Source: the human T2T-CHM13v2.0 reference genome, Homo sapiens. Taken from it: 64,000 nt of DNA. Positions 1-27,746 of this stretch are shown here, one piece after another. Under the pieces are notes generated by a model, which ran no database searches, had not been told where the DNA came from, and saw nothing but the letters and a program-made list of their open reading frames with translations. Each line of letters begins with the position of its first letter. Position 1 is the first letter of the stretch. The position numbers and the translations under genes are program-made. Location of the stretch: the NCBI RefSeq assembly GCF_009914755.1, contig NC_060928.1; one strand, 5' to 3'.

Positions 1-508
1 CTGGAAAATCGGGTCACTCCCACCCTAATACTGTGCTTTTCCAATGGTCTTAGCAAACGGCACACCAGGAGATTATATCCCGTGCCTGGCTCAGAGGGTC
101 CCATGCCCACAGAGCCTCGCTCATTGCTGACACAGCAGTCTGAGATTGAACTGCAAGGCAGAAGCAAGGATGGGGGAGGGGCGCTCACCATTGCTCAGGC
201 TTGAGTAGGTAAACAAAGCTGCCAGGAAGCTTGAACTGGGGGCAGTCCACTGCAGCTCAAGGAGGCCTGCCTGCCTCTGTAGACTCCACCACTAGGGGAA
301 GGGCATAGCTGAACAAAAGGCAGCAGAAACCTCTGCAGATTTAAATGTCCCTGTCTGACAGCCTTGAAGACAGTAGTGGTTCTCCCAGCACAGAGTTTGA
401 GATCTGAGAACGGACAGACTGCCTCCTCAAGTGGGTCCCTAACCCCTGAGTAGCCTATCTGGGAGGTACCCCCCAGTAGGGGCAGACTGACACCTCACAC
501 GGCTGGGT

Positions 509-638
509 ACCCCTCTGAGATAAAACCTCCAGAGGAACGATCAGGCAGCAGCATTTGCTGTTCAGCAATATTCGCTGTTCTGCAGCCTCCACTGCTGATA
601 ACCAGGCAAAAAGTGTCTGGAGTGGACCTCCAGCAAAC
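509..638 (+). promoter_or_regulatory. ~129-bp L1 5'UTR segment (ZNF93-binding region) retained
   Basis: Sequence is present between GGGTAC (505-510) and CCAACAGACC (640-649). This segment is deleted in L1PA2/L1HS and retained in L1PA3-6 (recalled consensus). Confidence 0.75.
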
Positions 639-766
639 TCCAACAGACCTGCAGCTGAGGGTCCTGACTGTTAGAAGGAAAACTAACAAACAGAAGGGAC
701 ATCCACACCAAAACCCCATCTGTACGTCACCATCATCAAAGACCAAAGGCAGATAAAACCACAAAG

Positions 767-1783
767 ATGGGGAAAAAACAGAACAGAAAAACTGGAAATT
801 CTAAAAATCAGAGCACCTGTCCTCCTCCAAAGGAATGCAGCTCCTCACCAGCAACAGAACAACACTGGATGGAAAATGACTTTGATGAGTTGAGAGAAGA
901 AGGCTTCAGATGATCAAACTTCTCCGAGCTAAAGAAGGAAGTTCGAACCCATCCCAAAGAAGTTAAAAACCTTGAAATAAGATTAGATGAATGGCTAACT
1001 AGAATAACCAATGTAGAGAAGTCCTTAAAGGACCTGATGGAGCTGAAAACCATGGCACAAGAACTACGTGACAAATGCATAAGCTTCAGTAGCCCATTCG
1101 ATCAACTGGAAGAAAGGGTATCAGTGATTGAAGATAAAATGAATGAAATGAAGCAAGAAGAGAAGTTTAGAGAAAAAAGAATAAAAAGAAATGAACAAAG
1201 CCTCCAAGAAATATGGGACTACGTGAAAAGACCAAATCTACGTCTGACTGGTGTACCTGAAAGTGACAGGGAGAATGGAACCAAATTGGAAAACACTCTG
1301 CAGGATATTATCCAGGAGAACTTCCCCAACCTAGCAAAGCAGGCCAACATTCAAATTCAGGAAATACAGAGAACGCCACAAAGATACTCCTCGAGAAGAG
1401 CAACTCCAAGACACATAACTGTCAGATTCACCAAAGTTGAAATGAAGAAAAAAATGTTAAGGGCAGCCAGAGAGAAAGGTCAGGTTACCCACAAAGGGAA
1501 GTCCATCAGACTAACAGTCGATCTCTCGGCAGAAACACTACAAGCCAGAAGAGAGTGGGGGACAATATTCAACACTCTTAAATAAAAGAATTTTGAACCC
1601 AGAATTTCATATCCAGCCAAATTAAGCTTCATAAGTGAAGGAGAAATAAAATCCTTTACAGACAAGCAAATGCTGAGAGATTTTGTCACCACCAGGCCTG
1701 CCCCACAAGAGCTCCTGAAGGAAGCACTAAAAATGGAAAGGATCAACCAGTACCAGCCACTGCAAAAACATGCCAAATTGTAA
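767..1783 (+). pseudogene. L1 ORF1p remnant
   Basis: ATG GGG AAA AAA CAG at 767. Premature TGA at 911 and TAA at 1583. The ORF1 peptide EIWDYVKRPNLRL is in the ORF track. Confidence 0.93.
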
Positions 1784-1846
1784 AGACCATCAATGCTAGG
1801 AAGAAACTGCATCAACTAACAAGCAAAATAACCAGCTAACATCATA

Positions 1847-5894
<4,048 letters not shown>

Positions 5895-6120
5895 ACAAGA
5901 GAACACTTGGACACAGGAAGGAGAACATCACACACTGGGGCCTGATGGGTGGAGGGAAGGCGGAGGGAATAGCATTAGGAGATATACCTAATGTAAATGA
6001 TGAGTTAATGGGTGCAGCACACCAACATGGCACATGTATACATATGTAACAAACCTGCACGTTGCGCACATGTACCCTAGAACTTAAAGTATAATTATAT
6101 ATATATATATATATATATAA

Positions 6121-7412
6121 AAGAACTAATAAAATTCCTGCTCAAACTATTAAAGAAAACAGAAGAGAAGTGAGTATTTCCAAACTCATTCTACAAACCC
6201 AGTGTTACCCGGATATCAAAACTAGACAAAGACACATCAAAAAAGAAAGGTACAGGCTAATATCCCTTATGAAAATTAGTGTAAAAATCGTCAAGAAAAT
6301 AGTAACAAACTGAATTCAACAACACATTAAAAAGTTCGTTCATCATGACCAAGTGAAATTTATCCCAGGGATACAAAGATGAGTCAATGTATGTAAACTA
6401 ATCAAGGCGACACATCATATTTATAGAATTAAGGACAAAAATCATATGATTATTTCAATTGATGCTGTAAAAGCACTTGATAAATTTCAACATTCCTTTA
6501 TGATAAAAACTATTTTAAAATGGCTATAGAAGGAATATACCTCAACATAAGAAAAGCCAAATATGTCAGACTCACAGCTAGTATCATACTAAATGGGGAA
6601 AAAACTGAAAGCATTTCTTCTAAGATGTGGAATGAGACAAGGATGCCCACTTTTAATGCTGTTATTCAACCTAATGGTGGAAGTCCTAACTAGAGCAATC
6701 AGACAAGAGAAAGAAATAAAGGGCATTCAACTTAAAAAGAAGGAAGTCACATTATCTTCATTTGCAGATGATATAATTTTATATTTGAACAAAACTAGAC
6801 TACACACACTCAAAAAAAAACTATTAGAACTGATAAGTTAATTCCGTTAATTGCAGGATTAACAAAACCAACATACAAAAATCAGTAGCATTTCTTTTTT
6901 TGTTTGTTTTGTTTTGTTTTGTTTTGTTTTGTTTTATTTTTGAGACGGAGTCTCGCTCTTGCCCAGGTTGGAGTGCAGTGGCGTGATCTCAGCTCACTGA
7001 AAGCTCCGCCTCCCAGGTTCACACCATTCTCCTGTCTCAACCTTCCCAGTAGCTGGGACTACAGGCGCCCGCCACCACGCCTGGCTAATTTTTTGTATTT
7101 TTAGTAGAGACTGGGTTTCACCAGGTGAGATGGGGTTTCACCACGTTAGCCAGGATGGTCTGGATCTCCTGACCTCGTGATCCACCCGCCTCGGCCTCCC
7201 AAAGTACTGGGATTACAGGTGTAAGCCACTGCGCCCAGCCAAAAATCAGTAGCATTTCTATATGTCAACAGTAAATACCTGAAAATGAAGTCAAGAAAGT
7301 AATCCCATTTACAATAGCTGCAAGTAAAATACCTAGGAATTTACTTCACCAGGGAAGTGAAATATCTCTGCAATGAAAACCATAAAACATTTACCCAAGA
7401 AATTGAAGAGGA
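6121..7412 (+). mobile_element. Older L1 (L1M/L1PB-age) ORF2 RT-region fragment
   Basis: Diverged RT peptide GMRQGCPL...[11 protein letters not shown] (6593-6841). It is interrupted by an Alu. Confidence 0.88.
6896..7240 (-). mobile_element. AluY-like SINE with (TTTTG)n tail
   Basis: Antisense Alu with a 19-bp TSD AAAAATCAGTAGCATTTCT at 6877-6895 and 7241-7259, and an internal ~20-bp duplication at 7107-7143. Confidence 0.95.
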
Positions 7413-8716
7413 GAAAGCCAAGATGCCTGACTATGCATAGCCAAGAAGAGCTTCTCCCACCAACAGAGACCAGACCATTGAGTAGATTGGCACACTCACT
7501 CAGAATATCTTCAGAAACAAGGCCTTGAGAGTGGACAGCAGGAGGACACCGATCCCAGGCAGAAAGGGGAGGAAGCTGGGAACTCTGCACAGAGCTGCCA
7601 AGGACCAAGACTTGTTCCTGGCCCCAAGCAGCTCCTAGGGAAGTAGTGAGTGAAATAGGCATGCAGTGGCCCACTCTAACCATGGACCTTTGGGATCCTA
7701 GCTGTGGGAAACCCCATGACTCCCACAAACATTTGAGCTGGCAAGAACTTCCCAGAGAGTTGGCAGAGACAGAATTCCAGCCTGTATAGAGTCCACAGTG
7801 TTTGGCACAGGAACAGCTGCAATGGAGCATGGTAATGGGCACCCATCCCCCCAGCCCTTTGTAGCTACTGGACCTGGACAGAGCTGTGCTCTCTTGCCCA
7901 TGAAACTGGACCAGTCTGATTTGAGTACCCCTCTGTCTACCAGCCTCTCCCAGGGTCCCTGTCTGGCCATATCCACTTACAGCACAGCATCAGCTGCCCA
8001 GCCAAAGTGCTTGCCAGTGGCCATCACCATAGTTCTCTCACTGGCAGACCCTGATACCTGTTGTAGAACTTCTGCAGACAGAATCCTGCCAGTGTTCAGT
8101 ACTATTTTAAGAAAAAATTAAACCGAACTTCTGGAAATGAAAAATTCACTACAGGAATTTCAGAATGCAACTGGAAGCAGTAAAAAGAAGAGATCACACT
8201 GACGAAAGATTCTCAGAGCTCAAAGACTGCTCCTTCGGATAAACACAAGTAGACAAACATTTAAAAAAAAGGAATTTTTAAAATGAACAAAACTTCTGAG
8301 AAATATGAGATTATGTAAAGAGACCAAATTTATGACTAATAGTTTTTTTGAAATTTATTTAGTCATAAATTTGGTCATAAATTTCACTGTTCCTGAATGT
8401 GATAGAGAGAAAGCAAGCAACTTGGAAAACATATTTGAAGTTATTGTCCACTAAAATTTCCCCAACCTCGCTAGAGATAATGACATGCAAATTCAGGAAA
8501 TTCCAAAGACCCTATGAGATGCTATACAAGACAACCATCCCCAAGACACAGTCATCAGATTCTCCAAAGTCAATGGAAAGAAAAAGATTTTAAAGGCAAT
8601 CAAAGAGAAGGGGCAGGTCACATACAAAGGGAACCCTTTCAGACTAACTGTGGGCCTTTCAGCAGAAACCTTACAAACCAGAAGAGATTGGGGGCCTACA
8701 TTTAGCATCTTTAAAA
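7410..8716 (+). mobile_element. L1 5'UTR plus partial ORF1 of an older (L1PA15-17/L1PB-type) element
   Basis: Starts with a GCCAAGATG-type 5'UTR. ORF1-like sequence (GAAATATGAGATTATGTAAAGAGACC, GCAGAAACCTTACAAACCAGAAGAGATTGG) follows. Confidence 0.82.
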
Positions 8717-9529
8717 AGTATTTATAGACCTCTTGGGTGTCAAAGGTGTAACTTTCTATAAGAAAATTTGGAAGAAAATGCTATGCTAGAAACAGAACTG
8801 AATTATTCTGCATAATGAAGCAAACAAATTTTAGTTTTCTCAAACAAACTGAGGATAGGACTCAAGAATAAACAGAAGACATGTAAGTAAGCAATAGGGA
8901 AGGAAAAAAACAAGAAGTTGTAAATTTGAGCTTAAGGTAATAGCAAGCAGTAAATCTCTTGAGAGGAGACACAGTCAATACAATTTTGGGATGGCAATGT
9001 TTACTATTAAACTTTGAGTTATTTTTAAATACCATATGGGACTATAATTGTCCTCATTACCCCAAATATTTAATAAAAATTGACTATATACAACAATCTT
9101 TTATTTGAAATACTTGAAATAAAATAATAATGGGGATCATAGCCTATGTATAACAAAGCAGAATGAGAATTGGACAGCAACTACAGGAAAATAAATCCAG
9201 AGAAGAGACAGAGAAGTCAATGAAATTGTAAATTTACAGAAAAAGGTGATCAAAACAGTAAAACTTGTAAAATCATTGGGTTGTTGGGTGGAGAAGAATT
9301 CTGAGTTTCTCAGAATATCCCTGTATATATAGGAGATTCAACCATTCATTTTAAATATCCATACAAAAGGGCAAGGTAAACCAAGAGGGCTATAGAACTG
9401 AAGGACATAAGATTGCACATTTTGTTTACATATGAATAAATATATATTAAACAATATGATCATTAAAATTTTTTTCTTCTAAAATCACTTGTTAATATGA
9501 CCCCATAATGGAATTTTTAAGAATTCATC

Positions 9530-10047
9530 TGCAGTAGCCAGCCTCCAAGATTTCCCCCCAATGATTCTCATGTCCTCAAGTTCATGTCCATCCTTGACTG
9601 GACCCCTCTCATATTGAATAAGGTGTAACAAAGATGTTACTGAAAAAATTATGAAGCATGACTTTTAAGGTTAGCCTATGTCATAAAAGACTGCAGCATC
9701 TGCCTTGCTTTCTGTTTGGTTACTTGCCCTATGTAAGCCACTCTTCATGTTGTGAAGACACTTAGATAGCCATGGAGAGTCCAGTAGGTAAGGGATTAAG
9801 GCCTTCCTTCTGTCAGTGAAAGTGAGCCACATTGGAAGCAGATCCTCCAGCCCAATTCAAGCCTTCAGATGACTGCAGCTCTAGCTGACATCTTGACTAT
9901 AATTCTCAAGACACCTTGAACCAGAACCACCCGCCCAGCTAAGCTCCTCTCAAATTCCTGACCCACAAAAACTGTGCGATAAATGTTCATGACTATTTTA
10001 ATACACTAAATGTTGGGGTAATTTGTGTAGCAAAAGATAACTCACAT
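9530..10047 (+). mobile_element. MLT1 (MaLR) LTR, MLT1F-like
   Basis: CAGCCTCCAAGAT start, GAAGCAGATCCTCCAGCCC...GCCTTCAGATGACTGCAGC core, and TTTGTGTAGCAAAAGATAACT end. Confidence 0.8.
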
Positions 10048-10699
10048 ACTCTTCTGAAGCAGTAATCGGAGAAGTTCTCAAATAGTCATATGCAAGTATG
10101 TTCCACACAGCACCATTTATAGTAGCAAAAATTACAACAACTTAAGTATCCAAATAGGAAGTATCTTAAAAATAAATATTTATAGAAATATTATAATTAA
10201 AGCTAAAATTTACTGGATCATTTCTGTCTTTGGGGAATCATGCTAGAAGAAAAGACTTTAGCCATTAAAAATAATATTTGTGAAGAACATTTAACAAAAC
10301 AGAAATATGGTCATAATATAATAATGAGTGAAATAAAGCAACAAGCTATGACATATATACAGTATAATTAAGTTTTTATAAATATATCTTTATTCATCTA
10401 TAAAATATAATTACATATGTTTATATATTTACAAAATGGAGGTTTAAAACACATGTGCATATGCAAAAGAAACACACTGGCAACCAATGTAACAAACACT
10501 GACAGTAATAATCCCTGGTTGGTATAAGGTTGATATTTAGTATTTAAATTATATTCTTTTATTTTTCTATAATTTTCTGAAATTCCAACAAAAAGATGTT
10601 ACTTTTATCCTCTCAGTTATTAAAAGAGTAACTTCAAACTTGCTAGAGCACAAATGTGTAAACAAAAAGTGGTTTGAGACTGTGCACTCATAGAATTGG

Positions 10700-10873
10700 G
10701 TTTCTGAAAAAATCTAGTTCAACACTCTCATTTTGCAGATGAGAGAATTGTGACACAATTAGGGTTGAGTGATTCCCCTGAAATTTGTCTAGATTGGTAA
10801 TGGCAGAACCTGAAGGAAAACTGGTTTCCTGGTTCTTGTTCTAATATTCTCTTTATCATTCTATATTACTGCC
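10700..10873 (-). mobile_element. MIR SINE relic
   Basis: MIR core CTCATTTTGCAGATGAGAGAATTG. Confidence 0.65.
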
Positions 10874-10989
10874 AAGAAAACAATGACAAAGGTACCATAT
10901 TCCTCAAAAAGGAGTAGGGTAAACATGAAAAAATCTGCCACAATAAAAATAATGGCTGATCAACTCCACCTATTTATGCTGCCATGCAG

Positions 10990-11222
10990 AGCATTACACT
11001 TGTAGCCAAATACAATATAGACAGTGATAATTTCTTTGAAAGGGTATACATGCAGAAGGAAAGAGCCTCTCATACAAAGGAAAAAAAGCAAAAACTGACA
11101 GTTTTCTTACAACAGAGGCTAATAATTTGGAATTTATTTGTGTTTGGGGGGAAATGGAAAGTTTGGAAAAAGTTATAAAAACCATAAAAACTGTCTCCAA
11201 ACATTTAGATGATTCTACATCT
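10990..11222 (+). pseudogene. Candidate fossil exon
   Basis: gccatgcag| acceptor and |gtatgt donor. Two overlapping ORF segments (SITLVAKYNIDSDNFFERVY... and ...NNLEFICVWGEMESLEKVIKTIKTVSKHLDDSTS) imply one frameshift. Confidence 0.45.
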
Positions 11223-11357
11223 GTATGTACTCTTGCTCGAGTAAAGTTATCCAGAAACAAGCACACAACAACAAACAAACAAACAAAAACAGAAAAAAAC
11301 CCACATTTACTTCCATCTATTTGTCATCTCTTACATAACAATATGTTTAATTATCAG

Positions 11358-11977
11358 AAATAACAGAATTTCTGCCTGAAAACTTTTCAGAGCACTGATA
11401 TATCATAAAACTTCCATGTAATTAAAGAATTTCCAAGGAGATTGTCAATCTTTGTACTATGATTAAGTGTGGGATACATGGTGCTTTTAAGGAAATACGA
11501 AGCAACATGTAATAACTTGAGAAACCTCAAATGGACCCATTGGATCATCAGAAAGAAGGAAACCTGTTGCTCGGCTACTTAATTCTACACATCAAACAAG
11601 ATTATGGCATCGCCTAGATGTTGAACAAAACAAAATGAATCTACTGCTAAGAAGAGTATTTCCTCACCCAGGAGCGATAAATGAGGAGACTGTTGATTCA
11701 AATGATGATCAAGATGATTCTAGAGACTGTTGAATGAAGTATATGAGCAATCCAAGTGGAAAAGAGAAACTTGGTTGGCATATCACCTGCTTGGAAAGTT
11801 CCTGGTTAGAAAAAGAAACTGAGGAAATTCTCTTACCATTAGGCAAGGATTTCATAGGTGGCATGACCCCACTGGATCTCACCCTTTCTAGCCCCCAAAT
11901 TAATCCAGAAAAGGGAAATGACTTCACAGGTCTTTGAGCACATGCCCATTTAGCAAATAAAATGGGCCCTCTTTCTG
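11358..11977 (+). pseudogene. Candidate fossil exon (large)
   Basis: ttatcag| acceptor and G|gtaaat donor. One frame runs 11521-11977 (~152 codons) with only two stops, both TGA (11731, 11935). Confidence 0.55.
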
Positions 11978-12734
11978 GTAAATCTCTGTGTGTGTGCAGT
12001 TTTTGCGTATAGGTAGGTGTATTTACATTATTAAAACTCATTAAAAAACTTATTTGACTTCTATTAACATTTTTCTACAAGTGCAAATATATATGTGTTT
12101 AAAGAAATAAAATAAACATTTTCAAAATATGTTTACACTGCCTGACATTCTCTGATCAGTTGTGGAATTAAACAACTGCACATTTGCCTCAGATGTCTAA
12201 AATACCTTTCAAGTGGGTGGAGGAGCCCTTGACTAGGAAAAAGAGGGCCTCAGATACCTGAGGCTGTCCTTATAAACATGCAAAAGACTCAGTTGTGCCT
12301 ATAGGAGCCAGAGATAAGGCCCAGCCTGCCCTGCTCTGGAGCTTCCACCAGGACCCTTTTAGTTTGACAGAGGTCTGGTATCCAACATTAACCATAATCT
12401 GAGCTGGTTTCTGAGCCCCGACTTGGGTGAGCTCAGTCAGAACAGACAGACTCCAAATTATTCTGTTTCATCTTGGCCCAACAAAGATGTGAAGTGTATA
12501 AAGTTTAGAAATCTCCTCTTAATGTCTTCTTGGAGAAGATTTTTACCCTGTATAAAATGGTTGAGGTGTGGTCTTGCTTTGAGGTAGAAGTGAAATCTTC
12601 CATATCATCAACCTCTAAGGTTTGGAACATTGCCAAGTCAATTTCCTCTTTGAATGGTTCTAATTGTTTTAGTCATGCTTTCCAAACTGTGGGAAATAAA
12701 TTTACCACCCAGTTTCGAAAATGCTGTTTGGAGA

Positions 12735-13055
<321 letters not shown>

Positions 13056-13440
13056 CAGGATTGTCTTTTTCATTTACCATTATCCAGCCTCAGTACGTAA
13101 ATATTTTTTATGTAAACCTACATTACCTCCTCCTCTGTCAATAATTTCTCTGGGATTTAACACTGAATCTCCATCACTTCAATTCTGAGTTTAAACTGGT
13201 TTCTATTGTTTTCATTATCTTCCATCAGTTTACTATGATTTCCCTAATTTAATTTCCTGAACTTCAACTTGCTTAGGAAAGAATATCTAATATTACTTGT
13301 CCCTGAGTCATTTTATTTGGAGAATAATGATACCAGTTCTTCCAAATTTCCAAGATCTTCAGGAGAGCCAAATAAGAATATGTATAACTAATTAGATTAT
13401 AAAACTGAATTGTGATGGAAAGCTGTGATGTTATATTGTC

Positions 13441-13728
13441 AGCCAGGTATAGTGGCTCACACCTGTAAGCCTAGCATTTTGAGAGGCCGAAGCAGGAGGA
13501 TCCAAAAGTTCAAGACCAGCCTGGGTAACATAGTGAGACCCTGTCTCTACAAAGAACAAACCAAATTATCTGGGCATGGGGGTGCACACCTGTAGTTCTA
13601 GCAACTCAGGAGGCTGAGGCTGGAGGATCACTTGAGCCCAGGAGGTCAAGGCTGCAGTGATCCATGATTGCACAACACTGCAGCCTAGGTGACCAAGTGA
13701 GACACTGCCTCAAAAAAAAAAAAAAAAA
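13441..13728 (+). mobile_element. AluJ-type SINE
   Basis: GAGGATCACTTGAGCCCAGGAGGTCAAGGCTGCAGTGA (J diagnostic) and a poly-A tail. Confidence 0.92.
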
Positions 13729-14691
13729 GTTGAGATATTATTCTATTGTTTATATTCTGTCTGTACTGGCTAGGAAAAGCCAGCTTCCCATGTGGTCTGA
13801 ACTCCATTCCTTTTCTTCTCACTGTTTCCACTAATTGGAATTTCCTCCTTTTCTAAATGTTCTGATTATCTGCCAGGCATCCTGGCTCAACAAAGCCTTC
13901 CTTGTTCCAACATTTAATACTTATGTGGCTTTGCCAACTGACTTGGGCAAGAAATATTTACTGAGGGTATCCTAGAATAGGTATATGGTTTAGAGAGAGA
14001 AACTGACTTGCACAGCATAAGACAGTAAATAGCAGAACTACAGTAGAACTCACCTCTTCTGTCTTAGAGACCAGTCACCATCTGTTGCCCTATCCTGCTT
14101 CTCCAGGGTTATATCAAAGAATTCAAAGAATATTGCCAACCTCAACACAGGCCTACTCTGTTTGTTAGTTTATATGTAAAATGTGTTTAGAGTTTTCTAT
14201 TAGAATTTTTGTGGGGATACTACAATATTTTCCATCAATGAAAAGAAAGCCTCAGACACGAGGCTGTATGAATAGGAAGCAAGTATTTTTTGTATTTTAA
14301 TAATCTACACTAAATATTTAAATGTTATTTTAATTCTGCTTACATTTGTAAACTTTTTTATATATTTAATATCTTTTCTGATTATAAAATTAATGTCTGT
14401 CTTCACGTGATTTCATGCTTGCATTTTAGATTATTTTATTAGGATCAATAATTTATATATTACCTGATACTTCTGTGAATGGGAATACTTGTTTCACCAC
14501 ATGCTTAATAGAAGGAAACACTACCATTTTTGCCAATTCTTTACCTATTTTCATATTTCTCACCCCCACTTCTGTATAAAGAAACAGTTGTTATATTTTT
14601 TAGATCAATTGCCCAATGCTCTATCTGGATAAGATCATTTCATTTGGAGAATTAACTTTTTATCCAGTTGAGGAAAGCTTTATTCTATTTT

Positions 14692-17196
<2,505 letters not shown>

Positions 17197-18640
17197 TATT
17201 CTATTTTATTTTTATGTTTTTTTAATGCTCAATTTGTTCTGCTTTTTTCCCTTTAAACACCTGTCATCTGTGAGTTGGCCCTTCATTCACTCTCCTTCAG
17301 ATCTAAATATTGTCAGGTCTTTGTACTTAGCACTGTGTAATAGTAAACAGACATGCTTTGGAGTCTGACAAATTTGAGTTTGGGTTCTGCTCTGTCCCTG
17401 ACTGGCTGTTTGCCTGGGCATGCTTGGTGACCTTGCCAAGTCTCAGTTTCTTCCTCTGTAATGTGTTTTGTGTTCAGTAAGGTCTTATTAACCATAGACA
17501 TTGTTGCTGTCTTTTCTCAGCATTCTGCAAGGGTGCTTTAAGTTAGTCTTCTATCTCAGTGATTCTGTTTTCTGTAATGTGAATGTGGTTCTTTAGATGT
17601 TCTTTTGATACTTTAATTCCATGATTATTTAGTGGATTCACTGGTTTCTTACCCCTCTTAATCTACAATCCAACTTACTGTTTTTTCAAGGAATATTATG
17701 CATTCAAAAAGACAGTGTTTCCTTGATTTTTGTATTTAAAACACAAAACAGAAACTTTTACAAGTTTCTTCTCTTCACTGTGGCAAATCTTTTCAAAAGT
17801 ATGTTTTTTCTCAGCTCTGTTAAGGCACTATAGCTGTTTTATATGGCAGAATATTTCCTTGTGTCCTCTGTTGATTGTTTCCCATCCCTTGATGAAAACT
17901 TGGGCATGTCTTATTACTTTTCAGCTGGCTCTTGGAGAATGGACAGTGATGCAGTCATTTTAAATAAAAAACATAGCCTTAACTCAGAAATTAAAAACGT
18001 TCTGCCAGGAAGTTAATCAGAACTAGGTTTCTAATACACTTCATGTTAGAAACTTGCAGTAGAAATGGAGAGAAATGATGGTTTCTCTACCCTTCTGTAC
18101 TCAATCTCCATCTTGCCTAGCTTGCTAACCATTTCTGGAAACTTTCAGGGTAAAATAGGGAAAAGAAGAAGTTTTAAGAAATAAATAAAGGGTTTTTTGA
18201 ACAGATATTCTCATACGCTGCCTTCAGGCTCCCTAGGACTGGCAGATATTTAAAGCTTTTTTCAGTGGAGATTTGGCAGCTTCCATCACTCAGGTTCCCT
18301 CTCCTGCAGTTCTCTTGACCTGGGTAGATGTATGTCTATTTTGGGTGATCCCTTGAAATGCATTCTTCAGCCCCTAGGATTTCAGGGCTCACCTGGAACT
18401 TCTCACAACTAGGGACCTACTCTTTTCCAGGTAGCCATATTGGACAGGACCTAAGATTATATCATCCTTGCTATCTTTTCTGTCTGACCTACATCTGCTC
18501 CACAGCAGAGTCTACTCATTTCTTTGTACTGACAAAGAGGACACAGGATGTTTTAGTTTGCTCAGACATAAGTCTGGCACCAGTCTTCTGTGAATACCTT
18601 CAGCAAGATGCTACAAGCAAGGTGTCTTGTAGCATCTCTC

Positions 18641-18885
18641 TGATAGGGACAGGTGGCAGAGAAATTCTGGGAGGGAAGGTCCCTGGCAAGAGCCCCATCC
18701 TCAAACTGAAAAGCCTAATACCATGGCCCAAATTGAGCACTCACATCCCTGTTTTCCTGCTCTAATGCTGTCTTTTCCAAAACTACCCATGGCCACCCCA
18801 ACCCCCATCCTGTGCCCATAAAAACCCCAGGCTCAGCTGGCAGAGAAGAAGAGAAGACAAGAAGCAGCTGGACACTGGAGACTAC
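18641..18885 (+). mobile_element. ERV1 LTR 5' fragment (LTR1/LTR27/LTR28 group)
   Basis: TGATAGGGACAGGTGGCAGAGAAATTCT start and a CCTGTGCCCATAAAAACCCCAGGCTC TATA region. Confidence 0.7.
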
Positions 18886-19861
18886 TGTGGCACAAGCTTT
18901 CCCCTTGCACCTGCTTTCTGCCTCTGGACCAAAACTGAATGCTTCCCCTGTGGCTCTGCATGGCATGGCATGCCCCTCTTTCTCAGGAAATATAATAAAA
19001 ATCTTCTTCAACAGCACTGGCCTCTCTGTGTCATCACTCAGTAATACCTCTAAAAATTAAATCCCAGGTATAATTTCAATATAATTGTAATGTCACATAC
19101 AGAGATCTGTTCATAGTCACTTTGATGTCTGACATGTCTCAGTTTTTTCTTGGTTGAAACTTCAATTTTATCTTCTTATTAATTCACAGTTGAGCTTTTG
19201 ATAGAATGTGGAGTAAGTCTAAAGTTTTACATATGCCCTCAAACTATCCTCAATGTGTGTTTATTCATTCAGAAGCCATTCAATTGACATTATGCATGCC
19301 AGTCAGTATAGTGGATGATGGCCATATGAAAATTCCTGCCACTTGAAAGTTTAATGTCTGCTCAAACCAGATGCAGCTGATCACATAGAATCAGTGCCCT
19401 GGAGTATATCATCACTTTAATCTAGAGTCAGGAACCTGCCATATGACTGTCAACCCTATGTTTGTTAGTTAACCAGCAAAAGAACACATATTCAATTGGT
19501 ATCTAAAGTTGTAAGGAAACCAAAGCCATCATTGGTGTCATGGCCCTGTGGCCTTTTCATGGAGGTATTTACAAAAACACCACCTCAAAGGGATATTAAT
19601 CAAGACCCAGCACAACAGTCTGAAATCAAGCTGCCATCTCACAGGGGGAGCTAGGAAAGAGGGGGGACTAAGGTGACATTTAAAGAACATGCAGGCCAGT
19701 GATGGCTAGTGAGAAAGAGATTTGCAGGAGATGATGGAGAGCTGGAAGAATGTTCTGAGTGGAAACGCAGGTGAACATAGAGCATAGCTAATTGGCCTAA
19801 CAGTTTTGTTTCTCTGAGAGTTCAATGATTCATGAATGTTCAATTTCCCTCTTCATATAAG

Positions 19862-19953
19862 TGAAGCCTAAAAGTTGATTTGGGTCTAGATAGCAAGCTT
19901 CCCAGGTAGTTGGTGAAGATTTGCAGGGACAGAGCCCCTTGCCAGCAATGGTG
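19862..19953 (+). pseudogene. Candidate fossil exon
   Basis: caatttccctcttcatataag| acceptor and consensus GTG|gtaagt donor; 92 nt. Confidence 0.3.
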
Positions 19954-20112
19954 GTAAGTGAAGCCAAATGAAGTTATTAAATTCAAAATAAAATTTAAAG
20001 AGAATCCAAGTAAGAACAAAGATTTATAATCTGAAATCTTATCTTACATAGATCTATTGTGACCAAACAGGTCTATATAAGAGAAGAGAAGTCATGATAA
20101 AAAGTCAAATGG

Positions 20113-27165
<7,053 letters not shown>

Positions 27166-27746
27166 AGAAAAGAAGCCAAATGTTTCACAGAACAAGAGGA
27201 GGTTGAAGCAGACAAACCTGAAGGAAATCTCCACCTGAGAACGAAGATAGCCAAGGCAGATCCTCATGTAAAATTAAAAGCTAGGATTGTGAGTGATGAA
27301 GGGGTTAGAAGGAAGCAGATTCTTCCTTTCCATAATTAAGGCAAGGAAATGAAATGACTTCTCCCCTTTTTCAACTTTCACCCTCCTGTAGGCTAACTTT
27401 TCCTAATTTTTCCCCTTAATTTTGTCTTTTCTTTTGTTTTTTAAACCTAGATTTACCTGTATGAAATTTATTCATGGAAAATGAATATATGCTGTCACAT
27501 AAGCCAAGAGAGTGTCTCAGATCTTATAATCCACTGAAGACAGTTCATAGACAATCCCTTGAAACAAAGTAAGTATAGTTGAGAAATACTGAAGGGCTGA
27601 TTTCACTATTTATAACATTCCAATTCTCATAGCAATAAAATTGGATGAAGAAAGTTCTACTCCTCCACTACAGTATGAAAGTTATACCTCTTTGGTCAAA
27701 AGATGGCTATGCAGTATTCACATTCAGAATAAATTTTGTATTCCAG

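Noticed and set aside
11160-12686. Similarity of LEKVIKTIKTV (+, 11163) to [11 protein letters not shown] (-, 12685)
   Set aside because: The match is short, it lies in a different frame from the best reading of the minus block, and the flanking order does not match. Probably chance.
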